Shown here: positions 38,712-49,161 of the stretch, piece after piece | How the letters are laid out: each line of letters opens with the position of its first letter | Position numbering within the stretch: position 1 is the stretch's first letter | DNA from: an uncultured Verrucomicrobiae bacterium | Lineage (GTDB): Bacteria > Verrucomicrobiota > Verrucomicrobiia > Limisphaerales > UBA8199 | Reading direction: 5' to 3' | Length of the DNA: 64,000 nucleotides | NCBI GenBank assembly: GCA_963762555.1 | Contig: CAVXLO010000033.1 | Location: 2,158-66,157 of the forward strand | Made by a program: the position numbers and the translations under genes | The notes under the pieces: model-generated | The model's database searches: none | What the model was told of the DNA's origin: nothing | Seen by the model: the letters and a program-made list of their open reading frames with translations, nothing else

Positions 38712-40635
38712 ATGCACACCCTCCCAAGAAAGCTCCTCCCCTTGCCAGCTACAGCCCTCGTGTGGTTTGCCCTTTGCGCCACGACGCTCTCGGCGGTGGA
38801 GCTGGAATCGCCTGATGGCCGGCTGGGCGTGGTCCTGGAGGTGAAGGACTTTGCGGGTGCCGCCGGCTGCCCGGTGTATCACGTCAGCTACCGCGGGCGG
38901 GAGGTGATCGCGCCGTCACGGCTGGGGTTTCAAGTGGGGAATGAACCCTTTGCCGAAGGGCTGCACATCGCGGGGCAGACCCGGCGCCGCGCGGACACCA
39001 CCTGGAAGCCGCTTTATGGCGAGCGGGCCGCGGTTCGCGACCATTTTAACGAGCTGGTTCTGGCCTTGGAGCAGGACAAGCCATTCCGGAGGTTGGAGCT
39101 GGTCTTGCGGGCCTACGACGAGGGCGTGGCAATGTGCTACCGGGTGCCGGCGCAAGCCGCCTTGAAACGAATCACGATCAGCCGCGAAACGACAGAGTTC
39201 CGGTTCCCGGCGGATTGGCCGGCTTGGGCCACTTACACCGCGCAGGGAGTTTACACCAATGTTCCGCTCAGCCGGATTCGCCCCGGCTGCGAGCGTCCGC
39301 TCGTCGTTCAGGGGGCGAATGATCTCTACGTGGCGTTGGCGGAGGCGCGGCTGGTGGATTACGCGCGGATGAAACTGGCTCCGTTGGCGGGCACAGCGCA
39401 CAGCCTGGTCAGCGACCTGAGCGGCGAGGTAAACGCGACCTTGCCGCTGCGCACGCCCTGGCGGGTCATCATGGTGGCGGAGAGCCCTGGCCGCCTCCTG
39501 GAGAACAATGACCTGCTGCTCAATCTCAACGATCCCTGCGCCTTAACGAACACCGCCTGGATCAAGCCGGGCAAGGTGCTGCGCGACAAGTCGCTTACTA
39601 CGGCAGGCAGCCGAGCGTGCGTGGATTTCGCCTTCAAGCACAACCTCCAATACTTACTGCTCGACGCCGGCTGGTATGGCCCGGAAACGTCGGACACTGC
39701 GGACGCGCGCCGGGTGGCGGTGGACCCGGCGCGTTACGAAGGACCGCTGGATTTGCCCGCCGTGCTGCACTACGCCCAAGAGCATGGCGTCGGGGTCATT
39801 CTCTACGTGAACCGCCGCGCGCTGGAACGCCAATTGGACGAGCTGCTGCCGCTGTATCACTCATGGGGCGTGAAAGGCGTCAAGTTCGGCTTCGTCAACG
39901 TCGGTCCCGCAGCAGTGGACCCGCTGGGTGTATGATTCGGTGCGCAAGGCGGCCGATTATCAGCTCATGGTGGACGTGCATGACGAGTATCGTCCTACCG
40001 GCTGGTCTCGCACCTATCCGAACCTGATGACGGTCGAGGGGGTGCGCGGCGACGAGGAACGCCAGCCTACCCGCCAGGGGTTGACCACACTGTTCACGCG
40101 CTTTCTCGCCGGGCCGGCGGACAACACCATTTGCTACTACGACGGGCGGGTGGATTGCTTCTCTTCGCACGCGTTCCAACTGGCCAAGGCGGTCTGTTTC
40201 TACAGCCCGTGGCAGTGCCTCTATTGGTACGACCGCCCGCCGCCCGCTCCCGCGGCAACGCCGGGCAAGGCCCCGGACGACAATGTCATCGGCGACGAGC
40301 CGGAACTGGGGTTTTTCGACCGCTGCCCCACGGTTTGGGATGACACCCGGGTGCTCCGGGGCGAAATCGGCGAATACGCCATCATCGCCCGGCGCCGCGG
40401 AGAGGATTGGTTTATCGGCTGCATGAACGCCAATTGCAGCCGCACCTTCAGCCTCCCATTGGACTTCCTCCAGGCGGACGCGCGCTATACCGCCCGCGTT
40501 TACTCGGATGATCCTTCCCTGACGACACGGACGCGGGTCCGGATTGAGCGCATGGCCGTGGACCGCAGCACGCTGCTGAGGCTCTCCGTATCGGCTCAGG
40601 GCGGAGAAGCGGTGCGGATTGCGCCCGCACGCTGA
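38712..40635 (+). pseudogene. Glycoside hydrolase family 97 (alpha-glucosidase/galactosidase-like), 1 frameshift near 39905
   Basis: Signal peptide, N-terminal SPDGRLGVVLEV...YHVSYRGREVIAPSRLG, catalytic GVKGVKFGFVNVG|QQWTRWVYDSVRKAADYQLMVDVHDEYRPTGWSRTYPNLMTVEGVRGDE. The frames 38712 and 39928 join colinearly. Confidence 0.75.
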
Positions 40636-40752
40636 CGGACCGCGAGCCGTCCCCGGCTCGCAGCGTGTTGGAGCGTGGAAGGGGCGGAGGAGAGATTAGA
40701 GCGCCGGCCCGCGTTTGAGGTCGCTGCGAGCCGGGGACGGCTCGCGGTCCGT
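40635..40752. terminator. Long hairpin (31-bp perfect stem, 56-nt loop) starting at the GH97 stop codon
   Basis: ACGGACCGCGAGCCGTCCCCGGCTCGCAGCG (40635-40665) has its exact reverse complement at 40722-40752. Each arm also contains a GAGCCG-N4-CGGCTC sub-palindrome. Confidence 0.5.
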
Positions 40753-41019
40753 TACGGTTGATCGGCGGTGTCATATATTCATCCGACTGGCCGTATTATC
40801 CTGCCGTGCCAGAGTGTTTGGCGTGATTTGGGTCCGGAAGCGTGCCTGCGGGCGAGAGCCGTGGTTCCATACGGCTGCCGGTTGGTTACTATCTTGCCCC
40901 TCCCCACAGAAAGCCACCTGCCACCCTGCACTGTGTCGGGACACTATAAGGCCTCGATGAATGACTTAAGATGGCTGGCGCAAAACACGACCGTTGCGCG
41001 CTGATCGCGTGAGTACAAC

Positions 41020-41874
41020 ATGACTTCAAACACTGAGAACGTCTCGCCGCCCGCGTGGCCTGGCTGGCGCAGTCCGCGCGGGGCATTCGGCGGGTTCACC
41101 CTTATCGAACTGCTGGTCGTCATTGCGATTATTGCGATCCTTGCCAGCCTGTTGCTGCCGGCATTGGCCCGCGCCAAGGAAAAGGCGAAACAGGTTCAGT
41201 GCCTCAACAACGTAAAGCAGCTTGGCCTGACGTATTCGCTCTATGTCACGGACAGCGCCGGGAAGGGCATGCCGTATTATCCGGATGACCCCACCTACTA
41301 CCATACGCTTTGGATGGGAACTCTGATTACCTATAACGCCCGGGTTGACTCGGTCCGCTTTTGCCCCAATGCGACCCGGTCCAATTCGCCCACCGCTTAT
41401 CCGGATTGGGGCACGGCCGACTATTGCTGGACCTGGCGCTCAACTCCCATTCTCCAGGGCAGCTTCGCCTATAACGGCTGGTTCTATACGGGGGACTCTC
41501 ACTTCATTGACGGCGTTGACGCGGGGCGCCACTTCGGTCGAGACACCGACGTGAAGTACCCATCCGAGACGCCGGTGTTCTGCGATGCCAACTGGGTGGA
41601 TGCCTGGCCGCGGGAAGCTCCGGAGGATTGGCCGTCGGGCGATCTCTATACCGGGGTCCAGGGGGATAGCGCCGGCACGATTGGCCGTGTCACGATCGGG
41701 CGTCACGGCGGGCGGGGCCCGGCCGCGGCCCCGCGAAGCGTCTTCCCGCCCAGGTTCGAGAAGCTGCCCCGGGATTACATGATAGACATGGCTTTGTTTG
41801 ACGGCCACGCGGAGAAGGCGCGGCTGCCAACGCTGCAAAACTACACATGGCACAACAATTACAAGAGGCCCTGA
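41020..41874 (+). CDS. Prepilin-type N-terminal cleavage/methylation domain protein (H-X9-DG / DUF1559-like)
   Basis: [32 protein letters not shown] is a class III signal. The C-terminal ...DGHAEKARL matches the H-X9-DG family that is abundant in PVC bacteria. Confidence 0.85.
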   Translation: MTSNTENVSPPAWPGWRSPRGAFGGFTLIELLVVIAIIAILASLLLPALARAKEKAKQVQCLNNVKQLGLTYSLYVTDSAGKGMPYYPDDPTYYHTLWMGTLITYNARVDSVRFCPNATRSNSPTAYPDWGTADYCWTWRSTPILQGSFAYNGWFYTGDSHFIDGVDAGRHFGRDTDVKYPSETPVFCDANWVDAWPREAPEDWPSGDLYTGVQGDSAGTIGRVTIGRHGGRGPAAAPRSVFPPRFEKLPRDYMIDMALFDGHAEKARLPTLQNYTWHNNYKRP

Positions 41875-41984
41875 AGCGGAGCCCGTCGCCCTTCGCCGTG
41901 AACCAGCCGGAGGCGCTGGCCGGCATGATTTCCCCCGGTTCCGAATTACTAGTCAGTCATCAGTCAAAACATACAACCGACAAC

Positions 41985-44741
41985 ATGAAAACAACAACCT
42001 CTATGACCAAAGCACGGTGCATCCACTTCGCCGCAGCCGGGCTCCTTGTTTGGAGCGCCGGGGTCTCGGCGTTCGCGGACTACAGTTCCACAGTGTTATC
42101 CAAGAACCCCATCGGCTACTGGCGATTCAGTCAGACCGCTCAGCCGATCGTTCAGACCGCCACCAACTATGGCAGCGCAGGCGCAACCGGTGACGGTATC
42201 TTTCTGGGCGGGGCGACGACGGTGCCGGGTCCGCTCAGCGCCGGCAGCCAGACGGCGCCTTCGTTCGACGGCTTCAGCGGCAAGGTCGAGGTGCCTTTCA
42301 ACGAGGCGTTGAATCCCACCTACGAGTTCACCATCGAAGCGTGGGTCAAACCAAGCTGCATTGACGGGTACAATACCTCATGGTACCGGGCCGCGGTCAG
42401 GACCGGCGGCACGAAGAGCGGCGGTGGCTACCAGATCCAGTTTGACGCCGGCAACTCCACGGCTCCCGGTGTGTTCAAGTTCACCCTCTGGAATGGCAGC
42501 TCGAGCCTGGAGGTCTTTAACGCCAATCTTAGCACCACCACCGGTTACACGATCCTGGCCACCAACAATGGCCCCTGGGCGCACCTGGTCGGCACCTGGA
42601 GTGCCGCGGACGGTATCGGACGCATTTACGTCAACGGCATTGAGCTGACCAACCGCACGTTCGCCTATACGCCGAACACCAACGCCGTCCTGCGCATCGG
42701 CGCGGGCGACACCGATCCTTCCGATCCCTGGGGCCAATCCTTTGATCCGGGCCCCATCAGCCAGGTGGCCGTTTATGATCATCAACTGAGTCCGGCTCAG
42801 ATCGAGGCCCACTATGAGAACGGGACAAATCCCGCTCCGGCCCAGACCTATGCCGCGCTGGTTGCCAGCGATTTGCCGGCAGGGTACTGGCCCTTGAACG
42901 AGAGCGTGCCAACACCGCCCGCGCTGACCAACCTCGGCACCGGCGGGGCCGCGCTTGATGGCAAGTACTTTGTTAATTCGACCGCGGGCGTGGCGGGTCC
43001 CCAGGCGCCGAATTACGGCGGTCTCGAAGCGGACAACCTGGCCGGGTATGTCTCGGCGCCCATTGCCGGGGCCATCTCGGTCCCGCCGGTGAATGTCCTC
43101 CGCGGCAACCTGCTGACCATCGTCGCCTGGATTAAACGCGACGGTGCCCAAATGGCGAACGCCACCATCTTCGGACGCCGTGTGCCCGGCGGCGAAAAAT
43201 CGGCCTTCTGTTTCCTCACCGCCAACCAGTTGGCTTACAACTGGGATGACAATGCGAACCAGTACAACTTCGATTCCAAGCTGGTCGTGCCGGATAACGT
43301 CTGGACCCTCGCAGCGCTGGTCATCACCCCGAGCAACGCCGTTATCTACATGGACTATGGCGCCGGGGTGCTGGCGGCGACCAATACCTACGCGAATACC
43401 ACGCTGGCCGGCTTCACCCACGAGGCGCTGATCGGCCCGAACGGCCCGTATGCCGGGCGCCGCTACAACGGCAGTGTGGACGAGGTGGCGGTGTTTACGG
43501 ACGCGCTTTCAATGACTGACATTGAGGACTTGCGCACAGCCGCGTTCGGCTCGGGGCTTTTTATTGCTTCGCAGCCAACGTCCCGGCCCGTGATGCTCGG
43601 CGGCAAGGCACCGTTTACCTGTATCGGCGCTGCCGGCACGAGTCTCCTCCCGATGAGTTTCCAGTTGCTGAAGGATGGCGTGCCAGTCGGCTCGCCGGGC
43701 AGCAGCGCCACCGTGACTTACGACAACGTGCAGGCCGCCGACTTGGCCAGCAACTTCAGAATCGTCGTGTCCACGAGCGGCGGATCAGTTACCAGCAGCG
43801 TCGCCGGCCTCGTCCGGTGGACGATCCCGGGCACGTATTCGGGCCTGGTCGAGAGCTATAAGCCCGCTGCGTATTATCGTTTCGGGGAGAGCAGCCTCGC
43901 GAAGATTTACGACATCAGCAGCGCGTTTGACGGCTCCGCGATGGGGGCCGTGGCCGCCACCTCCGGGCCTGTGCCAACCGGCCAGGTTGGCTTCGAGTCG
44001 CCCAACAGTGCTTACAACATCGGCACCGCCACCGGCGGCATACAACCCGTCGGCACGCCGATTAATACCAACACGGTGACCATTACGATGTGGCTGAATC
44101 CCAATGGCGCGCAAACGGCCTTCACGGGTCTCTACTACACCCGTGGCCTGGGGGCGACCACCAACAATTACGTCGGCCTGCAAGTGGACCGCACGCCCGG
44201 CAGTCCCGGCACCCAGTTGAGCCTGGCCTGGGCGGCGGCGCCGAACCCGTATGACTGGCACACCGGGGTGTTTATGGAGGCCGACGCCTGGAACTTTGTC
44301 GCCGTTGCCATCGCTCCCGACAATGCGGTCATGTATGACTACACGGCCGATTACGGCTGGCAGACTGCGACCATCTCCCAGAGTTTCCCGATGCCAACCG
44401 GCCTGGTGGCCGGAGGCGTCACGGGGATCGGCATTGACCCAAACACGGCGCTCGCCAACCGGTATTTCAAGGGCGCGATAGACGAGGTCGCGGTCTTCAC
44501 CCGCACGCTGTCCCAGGACGAGATCCAGAAACTGGCTATGGCCGGGTTCAGTGTGAATCTGTCCATCGTGCCGGCGGCGACAGGGTCTTACCAGATCGGC
44601 TGGTCATACGGCACGCTGGAGTGGGCTGATTCGGTGACCGGCACGTGGACGGACGTGCCCGGTGCTGTCTCGCCTTCATACACTTACACGCCGACGAGCG
44701 GCAACCAGAAATACTTCCGCGCCGGCTACACGCAGCCATAG
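41985..44741 (+). CDS. Large secreted LamG/concanavalin-A-like lectin repeat protein
   Basis: Signal peptide MKTTTSMTKARCIHFAAAGLLVWSAGVSAFA. Repeated modules contain ...IEAWVKP..., ...WAHLVGTW..., ...VYVNG... and DEVAVF(T)xxLS motifs, typical of Laminin_G_3 domains. Confidence 0.75.
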   Translation: MKTTTSMTKARCIHFAAAGLLVWSAGVSAFADYSSTVLSKNPIGYWRFSQTAQPIVQTATNYGSAGATGDGIFLGGATTVPGPLSAGSQTAPSFDGFSGKVEVPFNEALNPTYEFTIEAWVKPSCIDGYNTSWYRAAVRTGGTKSGGGYQIQFDAGNSTAPGVFKFTLWNGSSSLEVFNANLSTTTGYTILATNNGPWAHLVGTWSAADGIGRIYVNGIELTNRTFAYTPNTNAVLRIGAGDTDPSDPWGQSFDPGPISQVAVYDHQLSPAQIEAHYENGTNPAPAQTYAALVASDLPAGYWPLNESVPTPPALTNLGTGGAALDGKYFVNSTAGVAGPQAPNYGGLEADNLAGYVSAPIAGAISVPPVNVLRGNLLTIVAWIKRDGAQMANATIFGRRVPGGEKSAFCFLTANQLAYNWDDNANQYNFDSKLVVPDNVWTLAALVITPSNAVIYMDYGAGVLAATNTYANTTLAGFTHEALIGPNGPYAGRRYNGSVDEVAVFTDALSMTDIEDLRTAAFGSGLFIASQPTSRPVMLGGKAPFTCIGAAGTSLLPMSFQLLKDGVPVGSPGSSATVTYDNVQAADLASNFRIVVSTSGGSVTSSVAGLVRWTIPGTYSGLVESYKPAAYYRFGESSLAKIYDISSAFDGSAMGAVAATSGPVPTGQVGFESPNSAYNIGTATGGIQPVGTPINTNTVTITMWLNPNGAQTAFTGLYYTRGLGATTNNYVGLQVDRTPGSPGTQLSLAWAAAPNPYDWHTGVFMEADAWNFVAVAIAPDNAVMYDYTADYGWQTATISQSFPMPTGLVAGGVTGIGIDPNTALANRYFKGAIDEVAVFTRTLSQDEIQKLAMAGFSVNLSIVPAATGSYQIGWSYGTLEWADSVTGTWTDVPGAVSPSYTYTPTSGNQKYFRAGYTQP

Positions 44742-44970
44742 GCCGCGGAGAACGGTGCCTTTCGGTCGCGGATGGCCCACGCCATCCCGGGGTCGAAGGC
44801 AGGTTGCGGGAATCGGTTAGCTTCCCGGAACGGAACAGCGAGGTCAGGGTTTCGGCCCTGGCCTTGTTTTCTTTTCGCATGGGAGCCCAAGGCCCCGCAG
44901 GGTCCGGGTAGCGGAACGCCTCGGGCTGGACCCGCTCAGACGCTGCTCCTGTATTACACTAGCACCTATA

Positions 44971-45082
44971 TGGTGTACCAAGCAGGGGGAGAGCAGGGGG
45001 AGAGCAAGGGGAGAGCAGGGGGAGAGGTTTCCCCCTGCTCTCCCCTTGCTCTCCCCCTGCTCTCCCCCTGCTTCGTACACCA
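44971..45082. repeat. 112-nt palindrome (53-nt arms, 1 mismatch, 6-nt loop) whose arms contain 4 tandem GGGGAGAGCA-type units
   Basis: TGGTGTACCAAGCAGGGGGAGAGCAGGGGGAGAGCAAGGGGAGAGCAGGGGGA - GAGGTT - reverse complement. It produces mirror-image ORFs on both strands. Confidence 0.9.
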
Positions 45083-45375
45083 TGCCAGTGCTGGATCAGC
45101 TTCCGAGCAGTAAACTGGTCATCCGGTTGGACGTGGCTAATCGCCCCTGCGCCAAAAGGAATCCGAGCGGTTGGTCGTTTAGGGGCGCCTTTGCGATGCT
45201 TCCTGCACGAATGACCCTTCCTGGTCGTCTCGGAGAGGTGTCCGCCGCCGCGGGCAGCTCAACCTCCCGCCGACGAGCATGTGCGCGCACGAAAAACCGC
45301 AGATGCGCACCCCGTGACAATAGATGCGATTGTTGGCTTGACAGCTTGCCGATTTGGTGATGTGATCCAGGCAAG

Positions 45376-45756
45376 GTGAACTTAATAAAGCACTTATTTG
45401 GTCGTCACCGGCATGAGGAGATCGTATCTTCAAGTTCCATCAACTGGCCTGGCCAATCCGGGAAGGAGTATTCGTACGAGGTTTACTCCCTGGACGCCGC
45501 CTTTCGGGCCCTGCCTGGCAACTACATTTATGCCACGCAAGCCGAGGATGGGAGTTGGGCTCCGATCTACATTGCGCAAACACGCGACCTGCACCAGCGG
45601 TTGGAGGGGCACGTGCGGATGGACGACGCCGTCAGCAACGGTGCCACGCATCTGCATGCCCATTACGATGCCGCCGGGCAGGCGGCCCGCTGCAGTGAGG
45701 AGCGGGACTTGATTTTGCGCTGGCAGCCGGTGTGCAACGAAGCGGTAGAAGGGTGA
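45376..45756 (+). CDS. GIY-YIG-superfamily-like small protein
   Basis: GTG start. GKEYSYEVYSLD...LPGNYIYA...WAPIYIAQTRDLHQRLEGH...GATHLHAHY...RCSEERDLILRWQPVCN resembles a short GIY-YIG-like family that I recall from many phyla. The assignment is from memory. Confidence 0.45.
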   Translation: MNLIKHLFGRHRHEEIVSSSSINWPGQSGKEYSYEVYSLDAAFRALPGNYIYATQAEDGSWAPIYIAQTRDLHQRLEGHVRMDDAVSNGATHLHAHYDAAGQAARCSEERDLILRWQPVCNEAVEG

Positions 45757-45932
45757 GCCGGAAGGCCGCGCCGGGGCCGCTACGGGCGCTCTGGTGGTGA
45801 CGTTCGGCGCCGAGGCCAGCAGGCGGGCCATTGCTGGGGCGAGGGATGGGGGTTTTTGCGCCGTCAGGGCCTGGCGGGTTTGCAGGGGAGTCCATTCTTT
45901 GGTAAGGGAAATGCTTCGTAAGGGTGTATTTT

Positions 45933-46304
45933 ATGGCAGAACAGTCCAGAGTCGTTCAAAAGCGCATCCTTCTCGCGGAAGACGACCCGGCGGCCCGGGA
46001 ATCCCTGAGCCTGCTGCTGCGCATTGATCGGCACACGGTGGTTGAGGCCGCGGATGGCCAGGAGGCGCTCTTCATGTTTACCCGGGAACTGTTCGACCTG
46101 GTAATTGTAGATTACGCGATGCCGGAGATGCACGGCAGCGAACTGGCGCTGAACATCAAGCGGATGGTCCCGGAACAGCCCATTTTGCTGATAACCGCTT
46201 ACTTCGAGAAGCTGGTGGATTCCAACCTGGCGGTGGACGCCATCTTGAGCAAGCCCTTCGGGGTGGAGGAGTTGCGCCAGACAATCGCCAAGCTGGTCGG
46301 CTGA
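45933..46304 (+). CDS. Single-domain response regulator (CheY-like receiver)
   Basis: ILLAEDDPAARESL...DLVIVDYAMPEMHG...PILLITAY...ILSKPF are the canonical receiver motifs. Confidence 0.85.
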   Translation: MAEQSRVVQKRILLAEDDPAARESLSLLLRIDRHTVVEAADGQEALFMFTRELFDLVIVDYAMPEMHGSELALNIKRMVPEQPILLITAYFEKLVDSNLAVDAILSKPFGVEELRQTIAKLVG

Positions 46305-46389
46305 GAACGCGCGGGCGTGGGTCGCGCCGGTTGGCAATTGGCGCGGTTCCAGGCTTGAAAGCCGGCCGCGGTTCTGGTCTGATTTTCCC

Positions 46390-47793
46390 ATGAAAGCAAA
46401 GCGGTCCTTGCCCCTGAAGTCTGATTCCCCGGTCCGGACGATCCAATGGCGAACGCTGCCCCGCCGCGCCTTCCTCCGCGAATCGTTGGCCTGCGCCGGA
46501 GGCCTGGCGATTGGGCTCCCCGGTGTCGCTTTTGGCCTCGACCAGGCCCGGCCCAAGCCGCTCGGCGTGGCCAGGGGCATCCATCCCGGGCGCGTCGTCT
46601 GGGTCCATGATCCCGAGGTCACCGATTGGAAGGGTCCCGACGATGGGCACTGGTGGCAGGCCGACCGGGTGAAGCAGGAGCGCGTGGACGCCATGATGGC
46701 GCGGGCGATCTGCGAGCTGACCGGCGAGGCCAAGGTGTCGGGAGCCTGGCCGAAGCTGTTCCGCCATTTGAACCAGGCGCGCGGCAAAGGGGATGTCGGT
46801 TACAGCGCCGGCGAGCGGATCGCCATCAAGCCGAATTGGGTCGGAATGATTTACCGCGAGGGCAACGTCAACCTCGAAACCTGCACCTTTATCCGGCGCC
46901 AGGACTATATGAACACCGCGCCGCAGATGATTCTCGCGCTAATCAGCCAGCTTGCCAGCGTTGGTGTGTCCCCGCAGGACATCACCGTCTGCGACACGCT
47001 CGCCTGCCTGACTCACGAGTATTATGACCTGCTCCACGGCGCGTTTTCAGCGGTGCGGTTCGAGGACTATGCGGGCAAGTTCGAGCGCATCAAGGTGAAG
47101 TCCTCCCGCCAGCCGCTGTATTGGAGCTGCCGCCCGGAGGGCAAAGCGCAGGACTATCTGCCGACGTGCTTCGCCGCCGCCGACTACCTGATCAACTTCG
47201 CCAACTTGAAGGCCCACACCGCCGGCGGTGTGACACTCTGCGCCAAGAACCATTTCGGCTCGCTGATACGTTGGCCCGTCCAGCAGGGGTACTACGACAT
47301 CCATCCCAATTGCTTCGCCCGGGAGACGGCGATCTACCGTCCGTTGGTGGACTTGATCGGGCATTCGCACCTGGGCGGCAAAACGGTGCTTTACCTGGTT
47401 GACGGACTGTTTTCGGGTGTGCATCCGCGGGACCCGGTGCCCCAGCGGATGCACTCGCAACCGTTCAAGGGCCAGTGGCCGTGCAGCGTTCTGGCGTCGC
47501 AAGACCCGCTGGCGATTGACTCGGTGGGGCTCGACTTCCTTTCGACCGAGTGGCCGGACATTGCGGGCAGAAAGGGCGTGGACGATTACCTCCACGAGGC
47601 GGCGCTCGCGAGCGACCCGCCGTCCGGGACGTTCTACGACCCCGACCATGCGGGCTCATCCCGGCGGCTGCCCAGCCTGGGCGTCCACGAGCACTGCGAC
47701 AACCCGCAGGAGCGGAAATACTCGCGCAACCTGGGCAGCGGCGAGGGCATCGAGTTAATTAGCTTGAAACTGGGGGCAAGTCGGGGGAAGTAA
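46390..47793 (+). CDS. DUF362-domain protein with Tat-type signal
   Basis: RRAFLRESLACAGGLAIG looks like a twin-arginine signal. IAIKPNW...NFANLKAHTAGGVTLCAKNHFG fits the DUF362 pattern. Confidence 0.6.
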   Translation: MKAKRSLPLKSDSPVRTIQWRTLPRRAFLRESLACAGGLAIGLPGVAFGLDQARPKPLGVARGIHPGRVVWVHDPEVTDWKGPDDGHWWQADRVKQERVDAMMARAICELTGEAKVSGAWPKLFRHLNQARGKGDVGYSAGERIAIKPNWVGMIYREGNVNLETCTFIRRQDYMNTAPQMILALISQLASVGVSPQDITVCDTLACLTHEYYDLLHGAFSAVRFEDYAGKFERIKVKSSRQPLYWSCRPEGKAQDYLPTCFAAADYLINFANLKAHTAGGVTLCAKNHFGSLIRWPVQQGYYDIHPNCFARETAIYRPLVDLIGHSHLGGKTVLYLVDGLFSGVHPRDPVPQRMHSQPFKGQWPCSVLASQDPLAIDSVGLDFLSTEWPDIAGRKGVDDYLHEAALASDPPSGTFYDPDHAGSSRRLPSLGVHEHCDNPQERKYSRNLGSGEGIELISLKLGASRGK

Positions 47794-47806
47794 GAAAGCT
47801 AGCGTT

Positions 47807-48025
47807 ATGATGCTTATGTTCGACCTCAGTAGTCCGGTTGTCTGGCTCCTCGGTGTAGTGATCCTCGGCCTCAGCGTGTGCCTGGTGCGGGGCCACTTCA
47901 GTCCCGAGGCGCGGGTGCGGCGCCGACGTGAGAAAAGCCACCGGCCGGTGGTTTCCCGTAAACAAGGGCCAGCCGTGAAGCTGGCGGTGGAGGTGGACAA
48001 GCCGAAAGGCCACGCGAAGGGTTGA
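47807..48025 (+). CDS. Possible small membrane protein
   Basis: 72 aa with one hydrophobic helix (VVWLLGVVILGLSVCLV) and a basic tail. It sits in the gap between two same-strand genes. Confidence 0.3.
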   Translation: MMLMFDLSSPVVWLLGVVILGLSVCLVRGHFSPEARVRRRREKSHRPVVSRKQGPAVKLAVEVDKPKGHAKG

Positions 48026-48191
48026 TTCGCGCCGACGCGCCCGGGGGTGCCGCGAGCTGATCGGTAGGGCCTGGGGTCCGGGGTTGGAGCCAAAATGCCC
48101 TTGAGCGGGAACCCGGGAGAAAAATGAATTGTGTGGCGGGGGAATGAGTCCTAACATTCATGAACACGCTTGTCGTGGCACAGTCTGCTTT

Positions 48192-49094
48192 ATGAGAACA
48201 TTAGCGAAAGCTCGATCAGTCAAATTGGTTTTGACTGGAATATTAATGACCGGCGCGTTGGGGTTTTTGGCTCCCGCGCAAGCCGCACCCAAACGGGTGC
48301 TGGTGGTGACGGTGACCGAAGGCTTTCGCCACAGTTCGATTCCGACGGCGGAGAAAGTGCTGGGCGAGTTGGCCAAGGAGAGCCACCTGTTCACGGTGGA
48401 CTACGCGCGCGTGAATCCCTACGAGCCGCGGTTCAAGGGCGCCAATGGCAAGCCGGACAAGGCAAAGGTGGACGCGGCCATCAAAGAGGTGCTGGCCGAG
48501 AAGATGAGCCCGGAGGCGCTCAAGAATTATGACGGGGTGATCTTCGCCAACACGACCGGGGATTTGCCGATGCCCGACAAACAGGCGTTCCTGGACTGGA
48601 TCAAGTCCGGCAAGGGCTTCGTGGGCATGCACTCGGCCACCGACACATTTCATGGGTTTGCGGGGTATATCGAGATGATCGGGGGCGAGTTCAAGACCCA
48701 CCACCCCGGGTTCTACGAAGTGGACGCGCAGAACGACGACCGCGAGTGCCCCGCCTGCCGGGCGCTGGGCCCCGATTGGAAGGTGTACGATGAGATCTAC
48801 CTCTTCAAGAATTATGACCCGACTAAAGTCCACGAGTTGCTGACGCTGGACAAGGAACCGATGGACAAGACGCCGGGCCATTTCCCGATTTCGTGGTGCA
48901 AGGAATATGGCAAGGGCCGGGTGTTCTACACCGCCCTTGGCCATCGCGAAGATGTGTGGGATCCCACGTGGCCCGACCGCAAGAACCCCAAGGAAGTGGC
49001 CGAGGCGTATCAGCAGCACATTTTAGGCGGGATCAAGTGGGCACTGGGTCTCGAACAGATGAACGCCAAGCCGCAAAAGAAGGCGGTCGAGTAG
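48192..49094 (+). CDS. ThuA-domain (trehalose-utilisation-like) protein, secreted
   Basis: Signal peptide, then KRVLVVTVTEGFRHSSI...GFVGMHSATDTF...IGGEFKTHH...VFYTALGHRED is typical of ThuA. Confidence 0.8.
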   Translation: MRTLAKARSVKLVLTGILMTGALGFLAPAQAAPKRVLVVTVTEGFRHSSIPTAEKVLGELAKESHLFTVDYARVNPYEPRFKGANGKPDKAKVDAAIKEVLAEKMSPEALKNYDGVIFANTTGDLPMPDKQAFLDWIKSGKGFVGMHSATDTFHGFAGYIEMIGGEFKTHHPGFYEVDAQNDDRECPACRALGPDWKVYDEIYLFKNYDPTKVHELLTLDKEPMDKTPGHFPISWCKEYGKGRVFYTALGHREDVWDPTWPDRKNPKEVAEAYQQHILGGIKWALGLEQMNAKPQKKAVE

Positions 49095-49161
49095 ATTAAA
49101 ATCACCAATCCGGGGTTGCAACCGGAGGTTGGAAACACATCGAGTGAGCAAGTTGAACGAT

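Noticed and set aside
44772-45113. Forward and reverse ORFs (44772-45113 +, 44844-45083 -) sharing the peptide YQAGGEQGESKGRAGG. Likewise the 'SRITHHASRITHHA' ORFs at 56919-57218.
   Set aside because: The mirror-image translations are generated by the palindromes and heptamer repeats themselves. They are not independent coding evidence.
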